Assembly: GCF_006345805.1 (NCBI RefSeq)
Contig: NC_043004.1
Location: forward strand, 15,004,001 to 15,068,000
Length of the DNA stretch: 64,000 nt
Source: Octopus sinensis
Taxonomy: Eukaryota
Direction: 5' to 3'
In this document: piece after piece, positions 13,405-26,559 of the stretch
How positions within the stretch are numbered: the stretch's first letter is position 1
How the letters are laid out: each line of letters opens with the position of its first letter
Translations under genes and position numbers: made by a program
The notes under the pieces: generated by a model
The model's input: the letters and a program-made list of their open reading frames with translations, nothing else
Databases searched by the model: none
What the model was told of the DNA's origin: nothing

Positions 13405-14059
13405 GTAGGTATTTTATATGGATGCGTGAATTTACATACGTATTGTCGAATGTGTTCGTGTTCAGTAATGTGGAAATATATGTAAGTCATGCAAGCATAG
13501 CACAAGGTCATTATAAATACATCTGTTGAATCCTTCGATTCATCCTTGTTAAACTGTATTTTCCTTTTAGTAATTGCTGAAAGTTTAATTAGTATTTACT
13601 ACTAACAAATATAACATGTATCTAAACAATATTTGAGATCATACGTGTTCAAACACATAGATGCATTGTGTGAAAATAATCGCATGTATGCATGCAAACT
13701 GTAACAATCTGACAACCACACAGGCAAATGCATACACACAGATATATTAAGATGTGTACATACATGCAAAACACTAATATATATGTATATATATGTATAC
13801 ATGCGCACGTATATGCATGGATGTACATAACTACGCATTTGTATCTTCGTTCCACATAATGTTCTGGTGCTAATGCACAGTTCCGAGAAGTAACGAGAAC
13901 TGTGCGACTAGCTGCATCTGAAACGGCTATTCTAAGAAGATGGCTTTACAACCATCTGACTTTGGTTTCGGTGCCACAACGTGGGACCTTAGACAGGTAT
14001 CCTACACTATAGCTCCGGGTCCAAAAACGCGTGTTAAGTGAATGTGAAAGAGAACTGCC

Positions 14060-14380
14060 CCTCATATGTTCACCATACAGTAATTAATGGATGGCGATTG
14101 TCTATAAATGAAATATCAAATGTTATTAGTATATCCTGTGAAAGAGTTGAGAATATTTCGCACAATCAACTTAGCATGATGAAAGTTTCTGTCCGGTTTA
14201 TGCCACGTCTTCTGACATTAGATAAAAAAGCGCACTGAGGCAGATCCAGATGGTTGTCTTGAGTATTTCGCAATTCAGGATGATTATTTGTTTCATCACT
14301 TTGAGCGAGAGACAAAGGGACAATCTTTATAGTGGAAACACCGTTCTTTATCTGCTCGTCAGAAGGGCAATGTCATTAAG
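14060..14380 (+). pseudogene. Old mariner transposase fragment
   Basis: RLSINEISNVISIS..VENISHNQLSMMKVSVRFMPRLLT and, further on, QDD..HHFERETKGQSL*WKH; collinear with the mariner copies at 26.6 kb and 33.5 kb. Confidence 0.75.
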
Positions 14381-15691
14381 TTGATATATATACGGGTGTG
14401 TGTTAATATGTGTATGTGTGTGTTTGCGCGCGTTTTGTTCGATTTGTCTGCATTTAGTGATACTGTGTATATACAGCAAATTAAAGTAAACACAATCCAA
14501 CAACCACGAAACTTCAATAAGAAATGTAGGTAATAATGTTGCAGCGATAAAATATGCTTCTACATGAAAGGACTACGAATTATATTTGTTGAGTCTGTGT
14601 ACTCACTAATGTGATCAATCCAAGCTATTTGGGAGATGTACATCAATATACAAAACCAATTTCATTGCATCCTATTCCATTAATAATCACACAGTAATAA
14701 AACTCTTTCAAATATGAACCACAATTGGATTCCTGTTCTCATTCATAGAAAGGTGATGATATCACAAAAGCTATCAGTGTTGACCTCATCGAAAATAATT
14801 GTGTCACAAAAAGTGGAGAAAATTTACGCACAAACAATCTATTATCATTGGCTTAGCGTGACGTCGTTTACATTGTTATTTGTTCTTTTGAAATTGCAAC
14901 AACCCCTTCAAGCATACTCTGCATGCTATGAAGACGCAATTCTCTGTCTCCCCATCTCTCATTAACTCCAATGAGCCTCATTTCCCAAACGGCATCCTCT
15001 CGATAATTCCCATGATTGTAAGCCACTCAATACCTATTTCGACCTCACTTTTTCTGCACACACTGATACTTATATGTACACACTGAATAGTGCTTGCACT
15101 ATTCCCAGCGTTGTCCCTGAACCTGGTTTCTGCACAAAAAGTTCTCAAGAGTGTACAATCTGGAATCTGATTATAAGTTTCACTCCACTTCTCATGATAC
15201 TGTTGATACTGCCTGATGAAACTTCACCGCTCGTTCTCGTGTAACCAGTTGAGTAGGGATGATGGTATATGGTATATCTGAAATAATGTTCAGCCTCAAA
15301 TAATGTTTGAAATAAGCCTCATTATTTCAAACGCCCACTTCTAATATTAGGATATGCTACAAATTCACTATCAGGCTATGATTAATTCGCATAATATTCA
15401 AGCAACAAAAATAAACTGAAGCATCAAGCTCATTTCACGACGTCACTTTACGTTGATTTCAGATACCAGTATTATAGTTTTATGATTTTATTTTCCAGGA
15501 AACCACCAAAATTTTTGTTCTTTCGTAAATTCCTTTAATCACAATGATAACTAATCACATCTGTATGGCTGTAGACACACACCCCTACATACACACACAC
15601 ACACATGATTGTAAGCTACTCAATACCTATTTCTCATACATAATATATATAGTATATATATAAATATATATATATTTATATACATATATAT

Positions 15692-15749
<58 letters not shown>

Positions 15750-15750
15750 G

Positions 15751-15826
<76 letters not shown>

Positions 15827-15859
15827 TATATATATATATCTATATATATATATATATGA

Positions 15860-16330
15860 AATAATCAAGGTGGCTAGCAGCAATTTGAAACCAAGAAGGT
15901 AATAATTAATCGTCACGTAACGTGACAATGGTGGAGTGAACAGCAACATTGCCCGAAACAGGAGTCGTAGACACCTTAAGCCACAAAAAAGCACATGATT
16001 TATTTGTATTGACAGGGAAGAAAATCTCTCTACTGTGACCATAATGCACTAGATTAGCATGCTAATTTAATATAAGACATTTATACTCATCAGTAATATT
16101 CACTCCATCACAGCTGCTAGACGTCAACTCACACCTGTCAATATTATGGAATTTGCCATAGCAACCAGCGACTGATTTCGTAAAATGGTAATGTGAAAAT
16201 TAATAAAATAATCAAGGCTGCTAGCAGCAATTTTAAAGCCAAAAAGAAATAATTCACCGTCATCAAGAGTGACAAGGGTGCTGTGCGCAGCGACATTCCT
16301 AGAAACGGGAGTCGTAGACACTTTGTATTG
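15860..16330 (+). repeat. Two ~120-bp direct repeats (15860-15975, 16208-16323) with hammerhead-like ends
   Basis: aataatcaagg..gctagcagcaattt..gtgacaa..gaaac[a/g]ggagtcgtagacac present twice, about 347 bp apart. Confidence 0.75.
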
Positions 16331-16620
16331 AATACGGTTTAAGTAATTGAGATTCAAGTGTATTCTAATGAATTCACATAAATATGGTCCTTAACTAGGA
16401 TGCACCGGAAATCTATATGGTGTTAACCATACGACAAGTGGGGTGATTACAAATAGGAAAAAAGCAACAATAATGGATTAAAATCTCGGTACAATTGTTT
16501 CGTACGAGGACATCTTAATAAGCTACAAAAAATGCAGTAAATACAGATGTTTCGTACTCGTCAGCCGAAAAAACATCAGAGAATTCCCAATCCATTCTTG
16601 TTGTTTTTTCCTATTATATT

Positions 16621-16658
<38 letters not shown>

Positions 16659-16659
16659 G

Positions 16660-16690
<31 letters not shown>

Positions 16691-16799
16691 ACATATATAT
16701 ATATATACATATAAATATATATACACATAAATAAATATATACATCGCCGCCCGTACCCCTTTGGTCTTATATGTAAGTACATATTTCTTTAAACTTAGT

Positions 16800-17406
16800 A
16801 CGATTCTATAACACTGTCTCTCTCCCCCCTCTCCTACATTTCTCTGCCTTTCCACTTTGATCTGTCTCTTTCTCGCTCTCTCTCTTCTCCTCCTCCTTTG
16901 TTCCTTGTTCCCCTTTTTTTCTCTGTCCCTCTTTTCCTCTCTCTTCTCCTCACACGTGACTAACTGACCGATTGCCGGCCTTACGTGCTTAGCAGTCGTC
17001 GCGGCAAGACACATTTTTTCTCTCTGTAGCCCTAAGGCATTTTTCTGACACGCCAGCTCAAAGTTTACTCGTCCTGTCGAAGGACGCCTGTCTGTGACGT
17101 CCTGTTTTTGCTATTATTATTATCATTATAGTTTTTACGTATTTTTGTATTATTATTCGTGTAACATCGTCTGTTTTTCCGTCCTTGTTTTGTATACATT
17201 CGAGGCTTTCTTCCAAGGAATCTAATACGCTTGGCTTAGATTTTCCTTTGGGGCTGGCCAGATCGGAGCAATCTCAAGATTAATCAGCCGAAATTGCGAG
17301 GATGATCCGGTTCTTGACTGAAGATTGAAGGCTTCGAATGTCCCGTCCGTGTTTTTTGTATCGTCTTCTAAATGTTTTGCGTTCTTGACCCAGTATGTAT
17401 TTTTTT

Positions 17407-17408
<2 letters not shown>
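16800..17408 (+). mobile_element. Non-coding repeat, probably a PLE terminal (pLTR-like) region
   Basis: CT-rich leader followed by a structured GC-richer core, bounded by (TA)n on both sides. Layout resembles 53040-53490. Family and strand assignment are inference. Confidence 0.4.
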
Positions 17409-17448
<40 letters not shown>

Positions 17449-18373
17449 CTTGGAAATGCATGCGTGGTGTTCAATCATATAATAATATAAATAATATATA
17501 TGTTCCTTATTTTATCCTTCATACCAATCCTTGATTTCCTCCTCCACTTTCTGTAGCACATGCTTCCCTACCAATACCGTCCTCTCTTTCTATTTATTTT
17601 CTTTCTTTTTATCATTTATAGCCACCTCCGCTATCATTCTCTTAGGAAACTTTGATACAGTCGCGTTCATCTCTGGATATTTACGCTATTAAGGCTATAA
17701 CCATACAGGAATCTAAACCGGATTGCATCTAAAGACTTATGGACACACATCTACACTATGGGAAAGTTGAACTGTGGGCTTTTATGCTTCTTTTTTTCTT
17801 CTTTTTCTATTTCTTCATTTCTTTAGTTATTTTCTCCTGTCCTCTATATAATCGTTTCATTAATCTATACCCTTCAAAGTTTTCCCATTTGTGTCAGATG
17901 ACAGAACCACCTATACTTTGGGACATCCCGGAAACAGCTGCAAAACTTGAATTTTTCAAAAAATAACAACGTATATGACTTAATATATTTGTTTTGTCTT
18001 AAAATTTATTTACCTCTTAAACAATTATGTATATATACATTATGCACAGACACAAAAGAAACACACATATTTCTTGCGCGAAATGCACATTCACACGAAT
18101 TCATAATTATGTTTTTATATGTATTCGTGTGAATATATGTCTATAGTTATGTCCATTTCTTGATGTATAAAATCAACGGATAATTATGTTTCACATGCAC
18201 ATTGGATAAAAACCTGTCGTGTCAACTTAAACACACAGAACTTTTGAGATATTCTCGTGAATTTCATTTGTATTACATATATCATGAAATATCCAAATTC
18301 ACATTCGGTATACACTAAAACTATACAAATGTAAATGTATATAAGTACACTGCACAGAAAAGCTTTGATATAT

Positions 18374-18418
<45 letters not shown>

Positions 18419-18527
18419 GATATATATATATATATTATATTATGTATATATATATACAATATATATATATATATATCTATATGTATATGTATATATATAT
18501 ATGTATATATATGTATATATATATGTA

Positions 18528-18562
<35 letters not shown>

Positions 18563-20492
18563 TTACATATATATATATATATATATGTTATATATATATA
18601 TATATATATATATATAAGATTATATATATATATGTATTTATATATATCTATATATATATCTCTATATATATATATGTATATATATATGTATTTATATATA
18701 TATATATATATGTATATATATAGATCGTGTATATATTTACATATTTATATATATTTTGTGTGTGTGTATACAGATACATATAAGCATGCATATATACATA
18801 TATATATGAATATGTGGTGTGTGTGTGTGTGAGTTGTCTGGGTGTAAACAAGATTTGACAGAGAAAAACTGGATAACACGAACAATAACTTTACATTTGC
18901 GCAAAAATGTTGAAAGTTAAAAGACAGATACAAACCAAAAAAATTGTTTTCACAAAAGAACACACTGCGTTAGTGAAATCACTGTATGTGCGTGAAATGA
19001 GGCTTTGATCTGCAGTTTTATCTATCATATCAGTCATATTATAATTCCTATCTGACAGTTCTTTTGTGTTTTGAACATGAGACATGTTTTAGTCTGATCA
19101 CTTAAGAGCTTTTTCTCCTGATGGATTAAATACATTTAGGCGGTGGCCTACATTATATAGAACATGTCACAAACATATGACTTACATATCTGTTAACAGT
19201 TATTGAAGGTTGACATTTTCTTGATCGTATTAAATCTTCAGATGTTTTGTACAGTTTGTCATATTTCGTGATTCTTATGTTACTAAAGGCTTTGACTAAA
19301 AACCAAAATATAAATAGAAATCCATTTAATGCTCATTGTCACGCTCTAGGCCATAACAGTATCGAATATTATTGTACAACCTACGCCTGCTACATTAGTC
19401 AGTTTCCTTTTAACACTGAACTTGCAATTCGTGTGAGTATATAAACACAATGCCCAATAATTGGTGACAGGAAACTTTTCAGAATGGTTGGAATGAGGAA
19501 AACATTATTCTCAAACCAATAACGCCATCTGAATGTTTGTAACTGAATAGCAGAATGGCCTCCTCTAAAGGTTCCCAAGAAGTGAACTGGCGATATTAGA
19601 AAGAGTGACTAGTTCAGTCCACTACTCGAACAAGCCATTGTATTATATGAACTCTGTACGCAAAAAGCCAAATTGGTCTGCATGTATTTAAAGCTGTCTG
19701 CTTCCAAACACATGATTTGAACTTCAGTCGCAACACAGCCTGATGAGTGGATTGGTCAGCTGGAAAATGAATCAGATCCGCTATTACACACACACATGAA
19801 TATATGTATGTATTAACAAAGAGTATTTAATAAGGAATTAGTTATCCAGGCGAAATGCTTATTAAGCTCTCTGCAGATAAAGATACAACAGGCTTATATA
19901 ATCGTCTTGTGATTAGTATCAGTGCTGTGGTGCATGTAATTCAAACTTAAAGTCCATCACCAGTCAAATTTGAAAATCCAAGCTTCCATTAACCAGTGAA
20001 CCCGGTAAGTTTATATAGAGCGTCAATATAAGCAGGAATAATAGGTTATATACTATTATTTATTTATTATAGGTTCACACTTTTTCAGATATAAGTTTAG
20101 GTGAGTTCATACCCCAATTGATCGATTGAGGGACTGAAAATATAGGAAACTACAAGCCCAAAGTGATTGTATTCAGAGCAAAACAAGTCAAACTCAAAGA
20201 AAAACCGAAAATTAAAAATGAGGGAGGGGGGGACCTCATTCGTTATGTTCCTTCCTTTATTTCCTTTTTTTGGGGGCGTTTTTCTTTTCGGCTCTGAATA
20301 CGATAACTTTGGGTGAGTTGTCCCCTTATATTTTCTGTCGATCGGTTGATAGAATTGAAACTTGAACATTCACAAATTCCTATCTAATACAGTTGTAAGA
20401 CTATAAGTAAATAAATTGATATCACATAATATTTGTGTGTATTACACACACACGCACACACACAAACACACACGCACACGCTCACACTCAAA

Positions 20493-20524
<32 letters not shown>

Positions 20525-20525
20525 T

Positions 20526-20574
<49 letters not shown>

Positions 20575-21050
20575 TTGGTTCGTGGTATAATTCAACAATG
20601 AGAGTACTCCATCTGGTGAGAGTCAAATATTTCCGTTTGAAGATCACAGTACATATCTCCGGGTGCTACTAATAATTTCACGTGTCTGGAAATCCAAACA
20701 CGTTCTTCGGGATACTGGAAAAAACGTGAAAAAAGGTAGCCTATAATAAACCCTAACTTGTAACCGGAAGACGAAACCAGGAGATCCGATGTAGACATAC
20801 ATAATGTACGAATATAAATGTAATTTAAGTGTAAACTGTGTAAGGGATGTAAAAGTATGTGTCAAATCATCTGGGATTGGTTTTACTTATACTTTTTGTC
20901 CAATTCCTAGGTTTATTTTTTTTATCCTTTATATTTTTAATCCTTTATATATTTTCGTGATTTCATCACGTCTTGCTCTCCAGAATTCTTCGCTGTCGGT
21001 ATAAATAAGCTATCAATATAATGGCAAAATTGTGTTGATAATTGTGGTAC
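20575..21050 (-). mobile_element. Non-coding repeat with a long hairpin in hammerhead-like context (probable PLE terminal region)
   Basis: Minus strand CCGAAGA-ACGTGTTTGGA-TT-TCCAGACACGT-GAAA. The left end abuts a microsatellite. Confidence 0.4.
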
Positions 21051-21231
21051 ATACTTTGATTAACTGCATTGCTTTTTGTTTAGATAAAGTAACAGAAACT
21101 TCAGTTCAAAATCGGACATTTCATCCTTAATGACCTGATATGTTTGTGTGCATGCATATATATTTCTTTGTATATATAGTTGTATATGTGTACATATGTG
21201 TAATTATGTAAACACACACACACACACACAC

Positions 21232-21290
<59 letters not shown>

Positions 21291-21296
<6 letters not shown>

Positions 21297-21823
21297 CAAG
21301 ACCCACGCCTGAAAAAAATACTGGCAGCTCATAAAATAATAAAAAGTAAGAGACAACCTAAACCCTAAAAAACCTCCTCACCAACGCAAAATTACACAAC
21401 ACAAACCCACCGCCCACCATCAAAAAATGTGGTCGCCCCAACTGCAGGACTTGCATCCACCTCATTGAGGTATCGACGTACAAGTTCCGCTCGGGACACA
21501 CATTCATCATAAAAAATAATTTCACGTGCGTATCAAAAAATTTACTCTACGTCATAAAGTGTGAAGGATGCCACGAAGACTACATAGGGCAAACAAGCCT
21601 TACCCTCAGAGAAAGAATGACAGTTCACCGACAACAACTGAGGGACCCCTCCACAAGACAGATACCACTAAGTGGACACTTAGACCTTTGTGCACACAAT
21701 AAGTCCCCCAAATTCTTAGTCTTCCCACTATACCAATGCTCGGACAACACCACAGACCAAACACGAATAAATAGGGAAAGTAATCTTATTCAAAAATACG
21801 GACCACAACTAAACATACTCTAA
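21291..21823 (+). pseudogene. 5'-truncated Penelope-like element (Neptune type): Cys-rich linker plus GIY-YIG endonuclease
   Basis: KSKRQPK(fs)LKNLLT..KKCGRPNCRTCIHL..FTCVSKNLLYVIKCEGCHEDYIGQTSLTLRERMTVHRQQ..HL..RESNLIQKYGPQLNIL*. Open from ~21366 to the stop, with one frameshift near 21363. Confidence 0.9.
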
Positions 21824-21974
21824 CATACCCCCTAGGCACACATGCAGAACAAGCAAACAGGGACACGCGCACACTCGCAGCATATCGTGCAAGCGGACAC
21901 ATGCACGCATCGGCACACATAGGGCGTACTAGCGGGCATTAACCACACACATACGCGGCACGCACACGCATGCA

Positions 21975-23130
21975 TTATATATATGTAGGTTATGTATGTG
22001 TGTGAGTGTTGTGTGGGTTGTGTGTGTGTGTGTGCGTTGTGTGTGTGTGTGTGCGTGTGTGTGTGTGCATTGTGTGTGTGTATGTATTTATATGTGTATA
22101 TGTTTTTATATATATGTATATATGTGTGTGTTGTGCGTGTGTATGCATGGTATATGTGTATATGCGAGTACATTGTGTGTGTGTACGCTATATGTATGTA
22201 TTTTGTGTGTGTGTGTGCATTATATATATATGTATGTGTATATGTGTGAATATATATATATAATATATATATGTGTGTGTGTGTGTGTATATATGTGCAT
22301 TATTTGCATGTACATTGTGTATATGTATATTGTATGTATGTGTATTGTATATGTATGTGTACATTATGTGTATATGTGTGTGTATGTGTATTATATATGC
22401 TGTGTATATGTATTGTATGTATATATGCGCTAGGTGTATTTGTGTTATATTTATATTATGTATGTATGTGTGCGTGTGTTATATGTGTGTGTGTTGTGTG
22501 TGTGTGTTATATGTGTGTGTATTATATATAAATACATGTTATATTTGTGTGTTGTGTGTGTATATTATATGTGTGTGCGTTGTGTGTGTGTGTGTTCTGT
22601 ATGTGTGTATGTGTGTGTGTGGGGCGGTCAGATATGTGTGTGTGTGTGGTGTGTGTGTGATGTGTGTGTGTGTATGTATGTATATGTAGTGTGTGTGTAT
22701 GGCACGCACACACGCGTAGACGTGCACGCGCGCGCGCACGGGCGGACACGCATATATACACACACCATCCTACCCCAAAAAATTCTTTAAACAACACACA
22801 TCTATTTTCGCCACCCTGGAACCATTCAAAAACAGCCCCCACACACACGCAGACGCTTGTATACGGTGTGTGTGCATGCACACAGGGGCACGCACACTCA
22901 CACCAGCCTCATACAAGCACATATATACACACGCAGCACCATGTCAAATGCCATCCACACTCATGCATGCGTACACACGCACGCACACACGCACGCGCAA
23001 CCACACACGCACACACAACACCATGACAACCACAGACACTTGACAAACAGACGCCATCTGACCAAACACTACAGGCACACAGACACATCTATTCACACAC
23101 ACGCAGAGAGACACACATACTCACCTCATC
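21975..23130. repeat. Long degenerate (TG/TA)n tract followed by a (CA)-rich tract within the PLE 3' region
   Basis: Low-complexity TG-rich 21975-22700, then CA-rich 22700-23130. Confidence 0.9.
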
Positions 23131-23149
23131 CTAACCCCAAAATCATTGA

Positions 23150-23690
23150 TGCTTGAAGGAAAGCCATAAACAGAAAAAAACGGGTACATCTTTCTCAATT
23201 CAACATTTCTGCTAAAACGGACAGGTCTGTAAACAAACTCGCCTTGAATTCATAATATTCTGTACTGACCCTGAGATGTATAATATATTCATTTTAATAT
23301 TTTCTGCCCATTTTTTCAAATATTCTCATCATACTGTTGTACTTCCTTATGTCCTTAACATGTCCTTTTTGCCAAAAACTGTATATATATACATGTAATG
23401 TGGCAATTTGCAACAACCAATAATTAACGCAACCAAACTTCCAATAATATATTTGTTTTATTATTTTCTGCCCATTTTTTCAAATATTCTCATCACACTG
23501 TTGAACTTCTTTATGTCCTTAACATGTCCCTGTTACCAAAGACTATATATATACATGTAATGTGGTAATTATGTAAAAAACCTTTTTGAATTCATAATAT
23601 TCTATGTTACTTTTGACAATCTTTTTCCAAAGAGTGAAACCGGTTAAGTAAATAAACATCTTTTAAATTGCATTTTCAAACCTTCTTTCG
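23150..23690 (+). mobile_element. Probable 3' terminal region (pLTR) of the Neptune-type PLE, with an internal ~110-bp duplication
   Basis: Direct repeat 23299-23408 / 23463-23570; decayed hammerhead-like motif 23607-23651 followed by AATAAA. Confidence 0.55.
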
Positions 23691-23777
23691 TATATATAAA
23701 TATATAGATATATAAATAGAGAAGAGAGAGAGAGAAAGAGAGAAAGAAAGATATATATTTATGTATGTATGTGTATA

Positions 23778-23826
<49 letters not shown>

Positions 23827-25893
23827 GTGTGTCTGTGTGTGCGTGTGTGTGTGTATAAATACATATGTGCATGTATATATTATAATATATATAAATGCGT
23901 GTACGTGTAATTGTGCTTCTTCGTTTTGTGTCTTATTTGAAAACGAGCCTCAAAATCAAACACGCAGTGATATTTGTATCCATACTTCCATGAAAATATT
24001 AACGGTCATGTGGAAACATTGCTGCACTAGTAAACGAGTTAACAATAGTGATAGAAAGCTCACATTACCGTCAAAAACCTGCCCCAAGGACCTCTCATGT
24101 AATCATGGGAAATTTGACGTTAAGGTGATAAAGATGACAATTATGAAAATGAAGGCAAAGATGTAGAATTATTTCTACAAGAGATTTCTAAAGTTTCGCC
24201 AAATTAACAAGCGAAATTCATCAATGCGCGAATCTGTGGCAAATACAAAACGGCCCTTCATCCGCAAGCTGCTAAGTGTCCTCTAGACATAACTACACAT
24301 TCGTGTACGCATGCGTGCACCAAACTGCACACGCATGCATCATAATCATCAACTAACAATTCAACTACAAGAGAACACAAGCACGAAATCACACATACAC
24401 TCGTGCTCAAGTATACATGCTCTTACACAAGAAAGCCACATGATTTACAGCGTCAATAGAACTTGGCAGTGTAAAAAAACTATATGTAAGAAGAAAGTCT
24501 TTTTGCGACAAGGAAGTCAAATATAGTTATTTGTTTCGCAAAAATATATTTTTGAAAATCCAAACAAATTTAGGAATTACTTCTTCACAATATACAAGTG
24601 AACTTAAACAATGCAAGATATTTTTTTTTAATGGCAACTTGACTCTTCTAATTGCAACGAAACATATATATTTAGAAAAAGTGCCATTTGTTTGTAAACA
24701 AAACAATTACCATCTCCCTGTAGACAAAGATAACACATTTATTCGTACAGCAGGAAAATTATATTCAGTAATGCAATTGCTTTACTGAAGAGAAGTTACA
24801 GTCTACGTGGAAATGTCTTGGAATGTATAATGCCAAACACTACCTCAGTCAAACGTGCAAAATACGCATGAGTCAACGGTTAAAGTAAAAAAAAAAATCA
24901 ACTGATAACTGTATTTTCTTTTAACCTTTCCATTATCAAATGACAATATTTTGTTTCGGAAATATTCAATGATTTATAATTTACTTGGTTAAAATAGAGC
25001 GTATGTTGTAATTCAGCGCTTATGAGAATCGATTCTAAACAATTATCACATTACGTTATCATGACAAAGCGTTATATAATCCTTATGAATAATATTTTTC
25101 ACGGCAATTTTCAATAGGGTCACCATTTATTTTAGAAGTCTTTCAAAATTGGCATTAAAGAAATTCACTAAGTTATAGATATTTGAATGTTTGATTCTTC
25201 TCACTGACTTCTATATAATTATTAATATAGCACTTTTAAACTAGGAAACACGAAGATACTAAGCAATCCTGAGTAGAGAGGACATGTCACTAATGAGGTC
25301 GTCAATGACGACAAAACGACTTTCAACTACATAACAGGCTGAGCAATTGACTGAGCAAATTGGTTAATCAGTGGATGTTTACTGGGATGATGACCCTACC
25401 GAGATATAGCAACATGTGTGTGTGTGTTTTTTTGTGTGCGTGCGTGTGTGTGTGCAGACAGACGTGTGCCTGTGTATGTAAACAAAGGCAGAAACACAGG
25501 AAGAGGGAAATGACAAGAAAAAATGAAAATTTTACCATAATTGGGTTAAGACTGAATTGAATCAACAGAACATTCTTTAACAGCACCAACTTCAGTTTAC
25601 ACGAGTTACTTATCAGAAATATGTAGTGGTATTCTTTTCAGAAAAAAACGGTTAGATATTTCATTCTTTTTATGTCTGGATTATATATAATTTATGAAGA
25701 ATATCGTCCAGTTTTAATTTTCCACAAAAATTCTATCAGATTTCTAACAGTTTTCACTCGCGACGAAAGGTTTTGAATAAGTGGGTTTCGATTAATTTAA
25801 TAGATTCCATTACCATAACCGTGCCACATAAAATACATAAATACTACTGCTTTCTCATTTACTTTACTGAAAAAATTATTTCTATGAACTTGT

Positions 25894-26463
25894 AAGGCGC
25901 GAGCTGGCAGAAACGTTAGCACGCCGGGCGAAATGCGTAGCCGTATTTCGTCTGCCGTTACGTTCTGAGTTCCACCGAAGTCAACTTTGCCTTTCATCCT
26001 TTCGGGGTTGAATGAATAAGTACCAGTTACACACTGGGGTCGATGTAATCGACTTAATCCGTTTGTCTGTCCTTGTTTGTTCCCTCTGTGTTTAGCCCCT
26101 TGTGGGTAGTAAATAAATAGGTGTTTCGTCTGCCGTTACGTTCTGAGTTCAAATTCCGCCGAGGTTGACTTTGCCTTTCATCCTTTCGGGGTCGATTAAA
26201 TAAGTACCAGTTACGCACTGGGGTCGATATAATCGACTTAATCGGTTTATCTGTCCTTGATTGTCCTCTCTGTGTTTGGCTCCTTGTGGGTAGTAAAGAA
26301 ATAGGTATTTCGACTGCCGCTACGCTCTGATTTCAAATTCCTCCAAAGTCAACTTTGTCTTTCATCCTTTTGGGTTCGATGAAATACGTACCAGATACGG
26401 GCTAAGATTGATATAATCGTGTAGCCGTCTCCCTCCAAAATTTTCAAGGCCTTGTGCCTAGAA
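25894..26463 (+). mobile_element. SINE family B with a tandem triplication of its body
   Basis: One head (aaggcgcgagctggcagaaacgttagcacgccgggcgaaatg), then units beginning tttcg[t/a]ctgccg at 25946, 26124 and 26308. Confidence 0.9.
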
Positions 26464-26559
26464 TAGAAATAATTATTATGTATTTCACTCTAGCAAAAAT
26501 CCAGCAAAGATTCATGAAACCAATATATTTCTGTTTTATGTATAAAGATTTGCAATATA

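Noticed and set aside
15214-15240. CTGATGA matches here and at ~2242, ~19740 and ~53396 as hammerhead cores
   Set aside because: No properly placed stem II plus GAAA and NUH downstream.
15040-15290. Minus-strand acceptor (tttcag) and possible downstream exon
   Set aside because: All frames stop within ~45 codons and there is no sushi-like Cys/Trp pattern.
25946-26463. CRISPR-like or prokaryotic repeat array
   Set aside because: The units are whole SINE bodies without unique spacers, the context is eukaryotic, and there are no cas genes.
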